Assembly: GCA_038245295.1 (NCBI GenBank)
Contig: JBBRSP010000009.1
Span: forward strand, 168,241 to 232,240
Direction: 5' to 3'
Source of the DNA: Candidatus Binatia bacterium
GTDB lineage: Bacteria; Desulfobacterota; Binatia; HRBIN30
Length of the DNA stretch: 64,000 nucleotides
The notes under the pieces are model-generated. The model made no database searches. It was not told the origin of the DNA and saw only the letters and a list, made by a program, of their open reading frames with translations. The first letter of the stretch is position 1; each line of letters starts with the position of its first letter. Positions 9,738 to 20,176 of the stretch are shown one piece after another. A program made the position numbers and the translations under genes.

Positions 9738-10816
9738 GTCTCAAAGTGGCCATCGTTGGCTGCGGCAAGATCGCTGATGCTCATGTCGAAGCGATCCTGA
9801 CGATGCCAGACATCGGCCGCGTCGTAGCGGCTTGTGATCGCGAAATCCTGCTCGCCGAACAGCTGGCGACTCGCTACGGCATCGGCAAGTACTACGACGA
9901 CCTGGACCAGATGTTGGCGCACGAAAAGCCAGACGTGGTGCACGTCACAACACCGCCACAGTCGCACTTCGAGATTGCTTGTCGCGCCGTCGACGCGGGC
10001 TGTCATCTGTATGTGGAAAAGCCGCTGACGCCGCGGCACCCCGAGGCGGTCGACCTGATCGATCGCGTCGTCGCGGCCCAGCGCAAGTTGACCATCGGCT
10101 ACGCGCCGTTCTTCGACCCACCGGCGCTCGAGATGCGTCAGCTGATCCGTGATGGGGTTCTCGGAACACCAGTCCACGTCGAGAGCTTCTTCGGCTATCC
10201 ATTGACCGGGCCGTTCGGCAGCGTGATCCTCGGCGACGCCGGCCACTGGGTCCACGGGTTGCCGGGAAACCTTCTGCAAAACAATATCGACCATCTGCTC
10301 AACAAAATCGTCGAGTTTGTCGACGACGCCGCGCCGAAGCTTCAGGTCGCTTTCTATCGGCGCAACCCAACTCGTTTTTCGGATGCACGCGACAACCTCG
10401 TCGACGAGATGCGCCTTTTAGTCGCCGGCGAAAAGGTCTCTGCCTATGGTACGTTCTCCGCCCACGCGCAGCCGATGAGCCATTTCGGGCGTATCTTCGG
10501 GACCAGGAACACCATGACGGTCGACTACATCGGGCGCAGTGTGACGCTCGAGAGCAGCCCGTCCGGATTCGGCGCCCTCAGTCGTGCGATCTTGCCGTTT
10601 GCCCACGCGAGCCAGTACGCACGCGCCGGATTCCGCAACCTGTCGCGCTTTGCACACTCCGACTATCACTACTTCGCCGGCCTGCGACATCTGATCCGCT
10701 TGTTCTACACAAGTATTGTTGACGATGGACCGCTGCCGATCGCCTATCGCGACATCTTGCGGATCTCGGCCATGACCGCTGAGATCATCGCCCAGTTGCC
10801 AGTGAGTCGCTCATGA
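9734..10816 (+). CDS. Gfo/Idh/MocA-family oxidoreductase
   Basis: VAIVGCGKIA, DVVHVTTPPQSH, LYVEKP; 4-bp overlap with wzx. Confidence 0.9.
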   Translation: MSLKVAIVGCGKIADAHVEAILTMPDIGRVVAACDREILLAEQLATRYGIGKYYDDLDQMLAHEKPDVVHVTTPPQSHFEIACRAVDAGCHLYVEKPLTPRHPEAVDLIDRVVAAQRKLTIGYAPFFDPPALEMRQLIRDGVLGTPVHVESFFGYPLTGPFGSVILGDAGHWVHGLPGNLLQNNIDHLLNKIVEFVDDAAPKLQVAFYRRNPTRFSDARDNLVDEMRLLVAGEKVSAYGTFSAHAQPMSHFGRIFGTRNTMTVDYIGRSVTLESSPSGFGALSRAILPFAHASQYARAGFRNLSRFAHSDYHYFAGLRHLIRLFYTSIVDDGPLPIAYRDILRISAMTAEIIAQLPVSRS

Positions 10817-11847
10817 GTGTCCTGGTCACCGGTGCCACCGGCTTCGTCGGCACAACCCTCGTCCGCAAGCTCCTTGCCGCCGGCGAGCCGACGATTCGCT
10901 GCTTCGTCAGGCCGGCCAGCAATGTCGCTACGCTCGACGCCTTGCAGGGGCAATATCCCGACCAACGCCTGGAGATCTTCACCGGGAACCTGGCGGTAAC
11001 CGAGGATGCGCGCCGCGCCGCCGCAGGCGCCACAACGATCTATCATCTGGCCGCCGGTATGCGTGGCGCCCCGGCCGAGCTCTTCCTCAATACCGTGGTG
11101 ACGTCGCGTCACCTGCTCGACGCGGTTGTGCAAACGCGGCCCCAACGTATCGTCCTGGTGAGCTCGTTCGCTTTATACGGTGTCGCCAATGTTCATCCCG
11201 GGCACGTCGTTACGGAATCCACGCCACTCGAGCCACATCCGGAACGCCGCGATCCGTACTCCCACGCCAAACATCGGCAGGAGAAACTGTTTTGGGAGTA
11301 CCAACGGGCGCACGATTTACCGCTCGTCGTGTTGCGACCGGGTGTCATCTACGGCCCGGGCGGGCCGGCACTTTCCAGCCGCATCGGCCTCACTCTTCCA
11401 GGCCTCTTTCTGCATCTCGGCGGCAACAATCCGCTGCCATTGTCATTTGTCGACAACTGCGCCGACGCGATCATCCTGGCCGGCCGCGGCGCCGGACCGG
11501 ACGGCGAGATCTACAACGTCCATGACGACGATCTGCCAACCTGCGCCGCGTTCCTGCGGCGCTACCGGCACGAGGTGGAGCGGTTGCGTGTCTTGCACAT
11601 TCCGTCCTCGCTGCTCAACGGCCTGTCCCGGCTGAGCGAAATGTATAGCGAGTACTCACAAGGTCAGATGCCGGCGGTGCTGACTCCCTACCGCACGGCA
11701 GCCACATGGAAGCCGACGCGCTTCGACAACAGCAAACTCAAGCGACTGGGTTGGCGCCAAGCCGTGTCGACGGCCGAAGGCATGCAGCGGACCTTCCAGT
11801 ACTTGCATGCACAACGCCTCGCCGAGCGGGCAGCTAAGGCAGCGTGA
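10813..11847 (+). CDS. NAD-dependent epimerase/dehydratase
   Basis: VLVTGATGFVG, YHLAA, YSHAK (YxxxK), LRPGVIYGPG. Confidence 0.9.
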   Translation: MSVLVTGATGFVGTTLVRKLLAAGEPTIRCFVRPASNVATLDALQGQYPDQRLEIFTGNLAVTEDARRAAAGATTIYHLAAGMRGAPAELFLNTVVTSRHLLDAVVQTRPQRIVLVSSFALYGVANVHPGHVVTESTPLEPHPERRDPYSHAKHRQEKLFWEYQRAHDLPLVVLRPGVIYGPGGPALSSRIGLTLPGLFLHLGGNNPLPLSFVDNCADAIILAGRGAGPDGEIYNVHDDDLPTCAAFLRRYRHEVERLRVLHIPSSLLNGLSRLSEMYSEYSQGQMPAVLTPYRTAATWKPTRFDNSKLKRLGWRQAVSTAEGMQRTFQYLHAQRLAERAAKAA

Positions 11848-11848
11848 G

Positions 11849-12973
11849 ATGATCGCTGCACCCAGCTTGTTGCGTGTCACGCATGTCGTGCAGGCGCTCG
11901 AACTCGGTGGACTGGAACGACAAGTCATCGAGTTGGTGCGCCGCACCGATCGTCGCGTCGCCACACCAAAAATCGTTTGCACCGATAGCCTCGGCGGCTT
12001 GGCTGCTTTGGCGCCTGGTGCACCATTGTTGTGTATCGACGCGCATCCAGGATTCGACGGGCGAGCCGTCCTGCGTCTGGCGCGCCATCTTCGTCAAACA
12101 CGGGCGGATATTCTCCACTCGCATAATCAACGGGCTCATTATCTTTCGCTGGTGGCCGGTCGACTGGCCGGCGTGCCGGTACACATCAACACGCGACACG
12201 GCCCCTACCTGCCGGTGACCCGCCGCGGCATTCTGCGGCGGCGAATGTTGGCGGCGTTGTCCGACGCAGTTGTTGCGGTGTCCACGGACGTCCGCGATGC
12301 GGCGCTTCGCGTCGACCACATCGCACCTGCCAAAGTGCACACCATCTTCAACGGCACCGACATCACGGCCACGCGGCTCACACGCCAACAAGCGCGTCAG
12401 GCACTCGGCGTGTCCGACGACGTCTTGGTTGTCGGCGCCGTCGGCAGGCTGGCCGCGGAAAAGGACTATGGCACTCTGGTCGCGGCACTTGGGCAGCTCG
12501 GCACGACTCACCCCCACGTGATGGCGCTGATCATCGGTGACGGGCCGCTCTTGGCTGATTTGACGGCGAGCGCGCAGGCACAGGGTTGTAGCCGGGTGCG
12601 CTTCTGCGGTTACCGCCAAGATGCCGTGTCGTTGCTCCCGGCGTTCGACATCTTTGTGCAGCCGTCGCTTAGAGAAGGTATCGCCCTCGCCGTGATCGAG
12701 GCCATGGCGGCGGGCCTACCGGTCGTCGCAACTTCCGTCGGTGGGAATCCCGAAGCCCTTGGTGGCGGTGAGGCCGGGATCCTCATTCCGGCACGTGACG
12801 TCGACGCGCTGAAGACTGCCGTCGCGACGCTAGCCGATGACAGCACACGGCGTCGGCGATTCGGCGAGGCTGGCCGCGCGCGCGTGACCAGGCTGTTCTC
12901 GATTGCGGCAACGACGCAAGCGTACGAGCGGCTCTACATGGAACAGGCGCGCCACAAGGGGCTCGCGGTATGA
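11849..12973 (+). CDS. Glycosyltransferase family 4
   Basis: LELGGLERQV, VGRLAAEKDY, PSLREGIALAVIEAMAAGLPVVATSVGGNPE; ATG 11849 follows the previous stop. Confidence 0.92.
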   Translation: MIAAPSLLRVTHVVQALELGGLERQVIELVRRTDRRVATPKIVCTDSLGGLAALAPGAPLLCIDAHPGFDGRAVLRLARHLRQTRADILHSHNQRAHYLSLVAGRLAGVPVHINTRHGPYLPVTRRGILRRRMLAALSDAVVAVSTDVRDAALRVDHIAPAKVHTIFNGTDITATRLTRQQARQALGVSDDVLVVGAVGRLAAEKDYGTLVAALGQLGTTHPHVMALIIGDGPLLADLTASAQAQGCSRVRFCGYRQDAVSLLPAFDIFVQPSLREGIALAVIEAMAAGLPVVATSVGGNPEALGGGEAGILIPARDVDALKTAVATLADDSTRRRRFGEAGRARVTRLFSIAATTQAYERLYMEQARHKGLAV

Positions 12974-14166
12974 GGATTGTCATCCTGTCGAGCTTGCTGC
13001 CGGCGACCGGCCTCAGCGATCGGCCGCCGGACGTGTGGCTGACGACGCGCGCCCTCATCGAGCGCTGCGAGGCTGTTGTCATCGGCCCCGTGCCCTGGGC
13101 TCCGCGGCTACCGCTCAAGACACCCTGGGAACGATACGGTTCGATTCCGCGCTCCGAAGTTCTCGACAACGTGACGATCCGCCATCCGCGCTACCTGGTC
13201 GTCCCCAAGACCGCGCGGTCCCTGCAAGGGCGCTCCTACGCGCGCCAGCTCGAGATCGAGCTTGCCACACTCCAGGGCAGCTTCCGCCCCGACGCGATCT
13301 TCGTCACCTGGGCCTACCCCGACACCTATGCGGCGGTACGCGTCGGCGCCAAATTGGGACTTCCGGTGATTGCCAAGGTGGTCGGATCAGATGTGAACCT
13401 CCTTCCGGAGGTGGGTCTGCGGCGCGACATCGGATACGCTCTTCACAATGCCGACCGCGTCGTCGGCATCTGCCAAGACCTGTGCACCAAGGCGATTGCC
13501 CTTGGGGCTCGGCCGGATCGTTGTGTCGTGGTCAAGAATGGCCTCGAGCTGCAACAGTTCCCGATGCGGCCGCGCGACACATGCCGCACGGAGCTGGCGA
13601 TTCCTCTGACGGCCGACCTGATGGTATACGTTGGCAGCCTGAAACACGTGAAGGGCCCTGACCTCTTGATGACTGCTTTCGCCTCGATAGCGACTCAACG
13701 CCCCGAAGCTCGCCTCGTCCTGATCGGTGAAGGCCCCCTACGTGCGTCGTTACAAACTCAAGCGCAGGCGCTCGGTGTCGGCGAGCGCGTGTTGTTCCTC
13801 GGTCGAAGGCCCCACACGGAGGTGGCGGCCTGGATGAACGCGGCCGATCTCCTGGTCCTCCCGAGTCGTTCCGAAGGACTGCCCAACGTTGTGACGGAAG
13901 CCTTGGCGTGCGGCACGCCCGTCGTTGCGACGCGTGTCGGTGGCGTCCCGGAAGCATTCGCAGCCGGCGTCGCCGGCGTCCTGGTCGAAGCGGAAAACAG
14001 CGCGGCGCTTGGCCAGGCAATTGTCTTCGCGTTGCAGCAGCCGTTCGCGCGCGACACGGTTCGTTCTTCCCTGAAGCCGCGGTCATGGAGCACCGCCGCC
14101 GCCGAGCTCTTGCAGGTGATCGAAGGTGCGGTGCACGAGCGCCGAAGTGGGGCGGGCGCGTTGTGA
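12970..14166 (+). CDS. Glycosyltransferase family 4 (TuaC-like)
   Basis: WAYPD, GSDVN, PSRSEGLPNVVTEALACGTPVVATRVGGVPE. Confidence 0.92.
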   Translation: MRIVILSSLLPATGLSDRPPDVWLTTRALIERCEAVVIGPVPWAPRLPLKTPWERYGSIPRSEVLDNVTIRHPRYLVVPKTARSLQGRSYARQLEIELATLQGSFRPDAIFVTWAYPDTYAAVRVGAKLGLPVIAKVVGSDVNLLPEVGLRRDIGYALHNADRVVGICQDLCTKAIALGARPDRCVVVKNGLELQQFPMRPRDTCRTELAIPLTADLMVYVGSLKHVKGPDLLMTAFASIATQRPEARLVLIGEGPLRASLQTQAQALGVGERVLFLGRRPHTEVAAWMNAADLLVLPSRSEGLPNVVTEALACGTPVVATRVGGVPEAFAAGVAGVLVEAENSAALGQAIVFALQQPFARDTVRSSLKPRSWSTAAAELLQVIEGAVHERRSGAGAL

Positions 14167-15338
14167 ATCCTTCCGTTGCCGTCGTCGCACAGGTGGTCTT
14201 CTGGTCTGCCGCGCTGGCGTTCGTACACAGCTACCTCCTCTACCCGCTCATCGTCTTCCTTCTGGCACGCCGTGGCGCCGCGTCGGCGTCGACGGACCGG
14301 CAGAACAGCGCCCATCCCAAAGTGTCGTTGCTGGTTGCCGCGTACAACGAAGAGCTGGTCATTCGACGCAAAGTCGAGAACTGCCTCGCCTTGCGTTACC
14401 CAGGCGAACGAATCGAGATCGTCATCGCCAGTGATGGTTCGACCGACCACACAATGGCAATTGCCGAAGAGTACAGCTCGCGCGGTGTCCGCGTCCTCGC
14501 GTATCCGCTTCGCCGCGGCAAACCCGCCACCCTCGATCGTGCCGTGCTGCAGACCGACGGCGACATCCTGGTTTTCTCGGATGCCAATACCTTGCTCGAT
14601 GCCGACGCCATCGAGATGCTGGTGCGGCATTTCGCCGATGAGCGCATCGGTGCGGTCTGCGGCGAGCTGATCCTTGAGAGTCCGGGTGGCTCCGGACGCG
14701 AAGAGGAGCGCTATTGGCGTTACGAGCAGCGACTCAAGGCGACGGAAAGTGCCGCCGGCACCGCGCTGGGAGCCAACGGTGGTATCTATGCCATCCGGCG
14801 CGGGCTCTTCGAGCCGCTTCCTGACAATCTTTTGATTGACGACTTCGTCATCCCGATGCGCGCCGTCGAGAAAGGCTTTCGTGTAGCGTACGACCGCCAG
14901 GCGGTGGCGCGCGAGGAGACGGCGCCCGACGCGGCCGCGGAATTTCGTCGTCGTGTCCGCATCGGCGCCGGCGGCTTTCAGGCGATCTGGCTGCTGCGCC
15001 GCTTGCTGAACCCACGGCGCGGCTTCGTTTGCTTCGCCTTCTTCTCGCACAAGGTATTGCGCTGGCTCGGGCCGTTCCTGCTGCTCGCCGCCTTCTTGTC
15101 GTCCCTCTTGCTCGCCTCGCGACCTATCTACGCACTTGCGGTGATTCTGCAGTTGGGATTCTACGGTGGCGCAACCGCCGGAGCGTTGATCGAACAATCG
15201 GGCCGTTCCTGTCGCCTGCTGCGTCCACTCTACTACTTCGTCATGATCAATCTGGCATTGGCCGTCGGGTTCGTCCGCTGGCTGCGTGGTACGCAACACG
15301 CGGCGTGGGAACGTACGGCGCGGCGCCAAGCGAACTAA
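14163..15338 (+). CDS. Membrane glycosyltransferase family 2
   Basis: VSLLVAAYNEE, ASDGSTD, FSDAN, IDDF, EFRRRVRI; GTG start overlaps the previous stop. Confidence 0.9.
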   Translation: MNPSVAVVAQVVFWSAALAFVHSYLLYPLIVFLLARRGAASASTDRQNSAHPKVSLLVAAYNEELVIRRKVENCLALRYPGERIEIVIASDGSTDHTMAIAEEYSSRGVRVLAYPLRRGKPATLDRAVLQTDGDILVFSDANTLLDADAIEMLVRHFADERIGAVCGELILESPGGSGREEERYWRYEQRLKATESAAGTALGANGGIYAIRRGLFEPLPDNLLIDDFVIPMRAVEKGFRVAYDRQAVAREETAPDAAAEFRRRVRIGAGGFQAIWLLRRLLNPRRGFVCFAFFSHKVLRWLGPFLLLAAFLSSLLLASRPIYALAVILQLGFYGGATAGALIEQSGRSCRLLRPLYYFVMINLALAVGFVRWLRGTQHAAWERTARRQAN

Positions 15339-15343
15339 CAACG

Positions 15344-16441
15344 ATGCTGCCGCGAAACGTCGAGCTTTGGCTGCCCGGTCTGCTCGCCTCACAACGCCGA
15401 CGCGGGGTGAGCGCCGCAACACCGATTGAAGTCTTCTTTTGCATCGCCGATCACTTCGAACCAGCCCGCGGTGCGGCCCCGCTGAACGTACAACGCACCC
15501 GCGTTGCTGTCTGGACGGAGCATTACCCGCGCCTGGCCGAACAGTTCCGCGACGTAGACGGGCGGCCGCCACAGCACACCTTTTTCTATCCGCAAGAGGA
15601 ATATCATCCGGAGCACCTCGACGCCCTCGCCGGCCTTTGCCGCGCCGGCCTCGGTGAGGTCGAGATTCACCTGCATCATGACGCCGACACGGCGGCCGGA
15701 CTGCGGGGCAAACTGGAACGCTTCAAGACCCAGCTGCACGGCCACGGGCTGCTGTGCCGCACGCGTCACGACGACACGCTGCAGTATGCGTTCATCCATG
15801 GCGACTGGGCGCTCGACAACTCACGCCGCGACCGCCGCCTGTGCGGCGTCAACAACGAGCTCTCTGTGCTCAAGGCAACCGGCTGTTACGCCGACTTCAC
15901 CATGCCCTCGGCTCCGAGCGAGACGCAAACGGCAACCGTGAATCGGATCTACCGCGCTACCGACGATCCGCAAAAACCGAAATCCCATGATACCGGTATT
16001 GCCGTCGAGACCGGGCGGCCGGGCCAGGGCGACCTGCTGCTCATCCAAGGCCCGTTGCGGCTCGATTGGCGTTCGCGCAAATGGGGGCTGCTGCCGCGAC
16101 TGGAAAACGGCTCGTTGCACGCGTCGAATCCTCCGACCGCTGATCGCTTTCAGCTGTGGCTCGACGCCGGAGTCGGCGTGATCGGTCGTCCCGAATGGAT
16201 CTTCGTCAAGGTGTACACACACGGCGCCGTCGAGGAAAACGCCGCCGTGCTTCTCGGACCAGCCATGCAGCGCTTTCACGCCGACATCGCGCGGCGCTTC
16301 AACGACGGCTCACGCTACCGGCTGCACTACGTAACGGCGCGTGAGATGGCAAACCTGGTGCTCGCCGCCGAAGCCGGAGAGCGTGGCGATCCGAATCAGT
16401 TCCGAGACTACCACTTGCTGCCCGTAGCGCAGGGTCGTTGA
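15344..16441 (+). CDS. Conserved hypothetical protein of polysaccharide loci, possibly metal-dependent deacetylase-like
   Basis: Coupled to the GT2 gene; His/Asp motifs ADHFEP, EIHLHHD, FIHGDWALDNS, CYADFTMPSAP, VKVYTHG. Confidence 0.65.
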   Translation: MLPRNVELWLPGLLASQRRRGVSAATPIEVFFCIADHFEPARGAAPLNVQRTRVAVWTEHYPRLAEQFRDVDGRPPQHTFFYPQEEYHPEHLDALAGLCRAGLGEVEIHLHHDADTAAGLRGKLERFKTQLHGHGLLCRTRHDDTLQYAFIHGDWALDNSRRDRRLCGVNNELSVLKATGCYADFTMPSAPSETQTATVNRIYRATDDPQKPKSHDTGIAVETGRPGQGDLLLIQGPLRLDWRSRKWGLLPRLENGSLHASNPPTADRFQLWLDAGVGVIGRPEWIFVKVYTHGAVEENAAVLLGPAMQRFHADIARRFNDGSRYRLHYVTAREMANLVLAAEAGERGDPNQFRDYHLLPVAQGR

Positions 16442-16459
16442 CGTCGCGGCACTACACGT

Positions 16460-16544
16460 CGCAGGCTGAAGCCTGCGCCTACCGATCCGCCGCACCGTGA
16501 TCCGCCGCACGGTGAAATGGTAGGCGCAGGCTTCAGCCTGCGGA
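16460..16544. repeat. REP doublet (REPIN-like) with internal 15-bp tandem duplication
   Basis: CGCAGGCTGAAGCCTGCGCCTACC (16460-16483), GATCCGCCGCAC(C/G)GT x2, then the inverted copy at 16519-16544; between convergent genes. Confidence 0.9.
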
Positions 16545-16554
16545 CGACCAATCG

Positions 16555-17856
16555 TTACCCCGAGAACCGCGCGAGCAAACGTACCAGAACGTAGGTGCCA
16601 ATGATCCCTCCCATCGTCAGCAATACGATGTTGCGGACAACCGCCAGCGAGATCCTGAGATCCGGCGCCGGTTCATACTCACGCGCCAGGGAAACGTGAC
16701 AGGCGCCCATGCCGACCAATGTGAAGAGGACCATGCCGTATTGGCGCGACAAGAAGCAGCAGCTGGTCAGGACTCCAACAGCGCAGGTGAGAAGCGACTT
16801 GCGCCAGCGTTCAATTTCGATCGGAGCGCCCTCGGGTGATACCGACAGAACTCCCTTGAGCAGCCAGTAGCAAATCCCCGTGAAGAAGAAGGCGCCGAAA
16901 AAGCCGAGCTCGGCGAAGGTATGCACGAAAGAATTGTGGGCGACGCGTTCATGGAACTCCATGAAGCGGCCGTACCCGACGCCGAACAGTGGGTGCCACT
17001 TGAACATCAGCAGAGCAGCGCCCCACGCTTGCAGTCGGTCCTGAGCCGACGCTTCGGAGCTCGTGAGCATGCTCAAGCGGGATGGACCGAGGGCAACCAC
17101 AGCGGCAAACATCCCGGCCGCGACAACCGCGCCGCTGAGCCGGCCAAGGCGGCGAACCGCTTGCAGCGCCACGACTACGGCGAGGCCGACCATGCCGCCG
17201 CGCGAGTTGGTGTAGAACAGAGCGGCAATGATCGGCACCAGAAGGGCGGCGGCGAAGGCACGTCGCGGCATCCTCCAGGCTTTCTCGGTTGCTTCATCGA
17301 TGAGAAACGGCACGGCCATGAGCAGTGCCATGGCGAGATCGTTCGGATCGTTGAAGATGCCGGTGCCGCGAATACGTCCGTCCAGCAGCGGACGCACGCC
17401 GCCGAAACCGAACCTCGTGTGGAACTGTATGACGCCGCTCAACGCCAGGAATACGGTTCCCAGAATGACGGTGCGCACGAAACCCTCGAACTGCCGCCCA
17501 TCACGGATCGCGAAGCGCATGAGAAAGTAGTAGAAGACCACTTTGAAGAAATCGGCGAGACCAAGGAAGGCGCCGCCAAACCATCCCCAAGCGAGATTCG
17601 AAGCAACAATCGCAAGCCAGAAACCCAGGACGAATTTATCGTGCGGCAGATCCCAGAATTTGCGCGGTTTGGCGAGATACGACAGGCCGGCCAAGGCGAC
17701 GGAAATCGCCGCGAGCAACTCGACGACCGGGAACGACGCCAATGCCGGCACGAGCTCGCCCGGGCGTACGTAAATCGCCGCCACGTAGGCGAGCAGGCAG
17801 AGGTAGACCACGTCGTTATCCCGCCTGAGATATGGCAGATTGTCGCGAGGCGGCAA
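16555..17856 (-). CDS. O-antigen ligase/Wzy-C family membrane protein
   Basis: Multi-TM; GIFNDPNDLA, TNSRGG, HPLFGVGYGRF, VAHNSFVHTFAELG. Confidence 0.88.
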   Translation of the reverse strand: MPPRDNLPYLRRDNDVVYLCLLAYVAAIYVRPGELVPALASFPVVELLAAISVALAGLSYLAKPRKFWDLPHDKFVLGFWLAIVASNLAWGWFGGAFLGLADFFKVVFYYFLMRFAIRDGRQFEGFVRTVILGTVFLALSGVIQFHTRFGFGGVRPLLDGRIRGTGIFNDPNDLAMALLMAVPFLIDEATEKAWRMPRRAFAAALLVPIIAALFYTNSRGGMVGLAVVVALQAVRRLGRLSGAVVAAGMFAAVVALGPSRLSMLTSSEASAQDRLQAWGAALLMFKWHPLFGVGYGRFMEFHERVAHNSFVHTFAELGFFGAFFFTGICYWLLKGVLSVSPEGAPIEIERWRKSLLTCAVGVLTSCCFLSRQYGMVLFTLVGMGACHVSLAREYEPAPDLRISLAVVRNIVLLTMGGIIGTYVLVRLLARFSG

Positions 17857-17894
17857 ACCGACGGGCGATGCAGCGTAACAAGGTTCGCCAATCC

Positions 17895-19088
17895 ATGAGC
17901 CCGCGTCGACGCCGATCCTTGCAGGAGGCCGGCAGCACCAGCCGCTGGAAAGTCTGGCTCACGCGGCTGTCCCTTCTCGTTGTTGGCGTCCTGCTCGCCG
18001 GCACGAGCCTCGAACTGGCGGTTCGCGTGTTCAGGCCGATGAATCTCGACTTCTACAACTGGCAGAAGATCAAACGGGTGTCGCAACGACCTGGGCAGGA
18101 GTTCGAGCTCATCCCGGGCGCGCACAGTGACTTCTACGAAGGCGTCCCCGTAACGATCAATCAACTCGGTTTGCGTGATGCGGAGATTGCCATCCCGAAG
18201 CCGACCGGTACGGTGCGCATCCTGGGCATCGGCGATTCCGTCGCCTTCGGATACGGAGTTCCTCTCTCGGATACATATCTCAAAGTGCTCGAGTCGGACC
18301 TCAACGGCGACGCTGCCGGCGCCCGCCACTACGAGGTCGTCAACGCCGGCATGGAAGCAACCGGCCTGGACTACTACTACCGCTTCCTCGAATCGTCGGC
18401 GGCGGCGCTCGAACCCGATCTCGTCCTTGTCGGCATCACCCTCAACGATATCGCCGACTACCACCACCGCGGTACAGAGCCCGATGCGCGCGCTTTCTCG
18501 GACCGCTCGCTGATTCGCCGCGTCAACACCTTCCTGCTCTTTCACTCACAGGCCTATTTCTCAGGCTATGTAAGCCTGAAGTCGTTGCTCTACCGATCCG
18601 GCGTTGTCGATTTCAATCAGGAACATTGGTCGGACATTGCGACCTTGCAACCGCCATCGCCCGAGCAGCGCGAAGCGTGGGACTCCAGTCGCGAGATGCT
18701 GGCCAACATCACAACCTCGGCGCGTAACCACGGCTACCCGTTGGTGTTCGTCGTCTTCCCCATGGAAGTGCAGTTGGATCAGCGCTCGCTGGAGTTGTAT
18801 CAGCACCAGCTGCATCTCGCGGTCACCACAGAGGCCCTGCGCGGCGTGCCGCAGGAAGAAGTGTTGCGATTCGGCGCCGCTTCCGGCGTACCCGTGGTTG
18901 ACCTCCTGCCGGCGTTCCGTGCCGCCGGATCCAATGATCTGTTTCTGCGCGGCCGCAGCATGAGCGCCGATCCGGTGCATCCATCACCCAACGGACATCA
19001 CGTCGCCGGCCACGAGTTATTTCGCTTCCTCAAGCAGGAGTCGTCCCTCACGACGATCATCCGTCACGGGAGTACCTCGGATGGGTAG
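17895..19088 (+). CDS. Membrane-anchored SGNH/GDSL-family protein
   Basis: N-terminal TM; INQLGLRD, RILGIGDSVAFG, EVVNAG, LND, DPVHPSPNGH. Confidence 0.88.
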   Translation: MSPRRRRSLQEAGSTSRWKVWLTRLSLLVVGVLLAGTSLELAVRVFRPMNLDFYNWQKIKRVSQRPGQEFELIPGAHSDFYEGVPVTINQLGLRDAEIAIPKPTGTVRILGIGDSVAFGYGVPLSDTYLKVLESDLNGDAAGARHYEVVNAGMEATGLDYYYRFLESSAAALEPDLVLVGITLNDIADYHHRGTEPDARAFSDRSLIRRVNTFLLFHSQAYFSGYVSLKSLLYRSGVVDFNQEHWSDIATLQPPSPEQREAWDSSREMLANITTSARNHGYPLVFVVFPMEVQLDQRSLELYQHQLHLAVTTEALRGVPQEEVLRFGAASGVPVVDLLPAFRAAGSNDLFLRGRSMSADPVHPSPNGHHVAGHELFRFLKQESSLTTIIRHGSTSDG

Positions 19089-20154
19089 TCGACCGCTCCT
19101 GCAACGCCTGCTCTTGGTCGCAGGAGCCCTGGTAATTTCCCTCGGCGGCCTCGAGGTCGGTCTGCGCGTGTTCTCGGCGCTGGCGTTCTCGAAGATGATG
19201 GTGTTGGATGACACGTTGGGTTGGAAGCATGTCGCCAACGGCACCAAGACGTTCCACGATCCACTGGGCGAGTCAGTCCGTATGAGCGTCGATAAGGACG
19301 GTCTGCGTGGGCCGCCGCGCGCCGAAACCAAACCGCCGGGAGTGTATCGCATTCTCGCCCTCGGCGATTCGTTTGCCGAAGGTGCACAGGTCAACAACGA
19401 CGAACTATTCAGTGCCCGCCTCGAGAATAGTCTACGCCAAACCGAAGTGCTGAATGCCGGTATTGGTGCCTACTCCACCGTGCAGGAATATCTCTACCTG
19501 CAACAACAGGGATTGCGCCTGCAACCCGACCTCGTCCTGCTGTTGTTTTTCGACGACAACGATCTCCCCGAGAACACCATGCCCTACTATGCCGGTTTCG
19601 GGCCGCGTCCATACGCAAAGATTGTCGACGGTGCGGTCCAACTCGTGCTCAACCCCGATCCGACGGACTACTTGAAGTACACTCTCCCAGCTCCGTTCCG
19701 TCTCGAGCTCAATCGCCACAGCTACCTCTATTACTTTTTGAATCGGCAGATCTATCAGCGCTGGCGCGCCACGGAGATGCAGCAGTGGGAACAAGACGAC
19801 GCTCACAAGGTGAATGGGTCCGATCAGTTCCGCATTCTGTTCTGGTTGGTGGACGACATGCAGAAGCGTCTCGCGGAGCGTGGGATCGATTTCGTTCTAG
19901 TCCTCGTGCCGGCCAGTCAGGAGGCGGCCTCCGGACGATCCGCCACCATCGATCGCGTTGAATCATTTTGCCAGCAGACCGGTATGCGTTGCTTGTCCCT
20001 GCTCGAACGTTTCCACCACGAGCCTGACGCCGGGCGGGCACTCTATTTCCTCAACGACATCCACTGGACCAAAGAGGGCCATCGTGTCGCCGCCGACGAG
20101 ATCCGCCGTTACCTCGCTTCCCATATTCCCCCGCTGGCCGAGGCTGAGCACTGA
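19081..20154 (+). CDS. Membrane-anchored SGNH/GDSL-family protein
   Basis: RILALGDSFAEG, VLNAGIGAYSTVQE, NDL, NDIHWTKEGH. Confidence 0.88.
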   Translation: MGSRPLLQRLLLVAGALVISLGGLEVGLRVFSALAFSKMMVLDDTLGWKHVANGTKTFHDPLGESVRMSVDKDGLRGPPRAETKPPGVYRILALGDSFAEGAQVNNDELFSARLENSLRQTEVLNAGIGAYSTVQEYLYLQQQGLRLQPDLVLLLFFDDNDLPENTMPYYAGFGPRPYAKIVDGAVQLVLNPDPTDYLKYTLPAPFRLELNRHSYLYYFLNRQIYQRWRATEMQQWEQDDAHKVNGSDQFRILFWLVDDMQKRLAERGIDFVLVLVPASQEAASGRSATIDRVESFCQQTGMRCLSLLERFHHEPDAGRALYFLNDIHWTKEGHRVAADEIRRYLASHIPPLAEAEH

Positions 20155-20176
20155 TGCGCCGCCGGCATTCACACGG

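Noticed and set aside
13758..15572. 604-aa minus-strand ORF, and similar long ORFs such as 36088..37812, 39646..41118, 47162..48640 and 51775..53130
   Set aside because: Antisense shadows of well-supported genes in GC-rich DNA, with no recognisable motifs.
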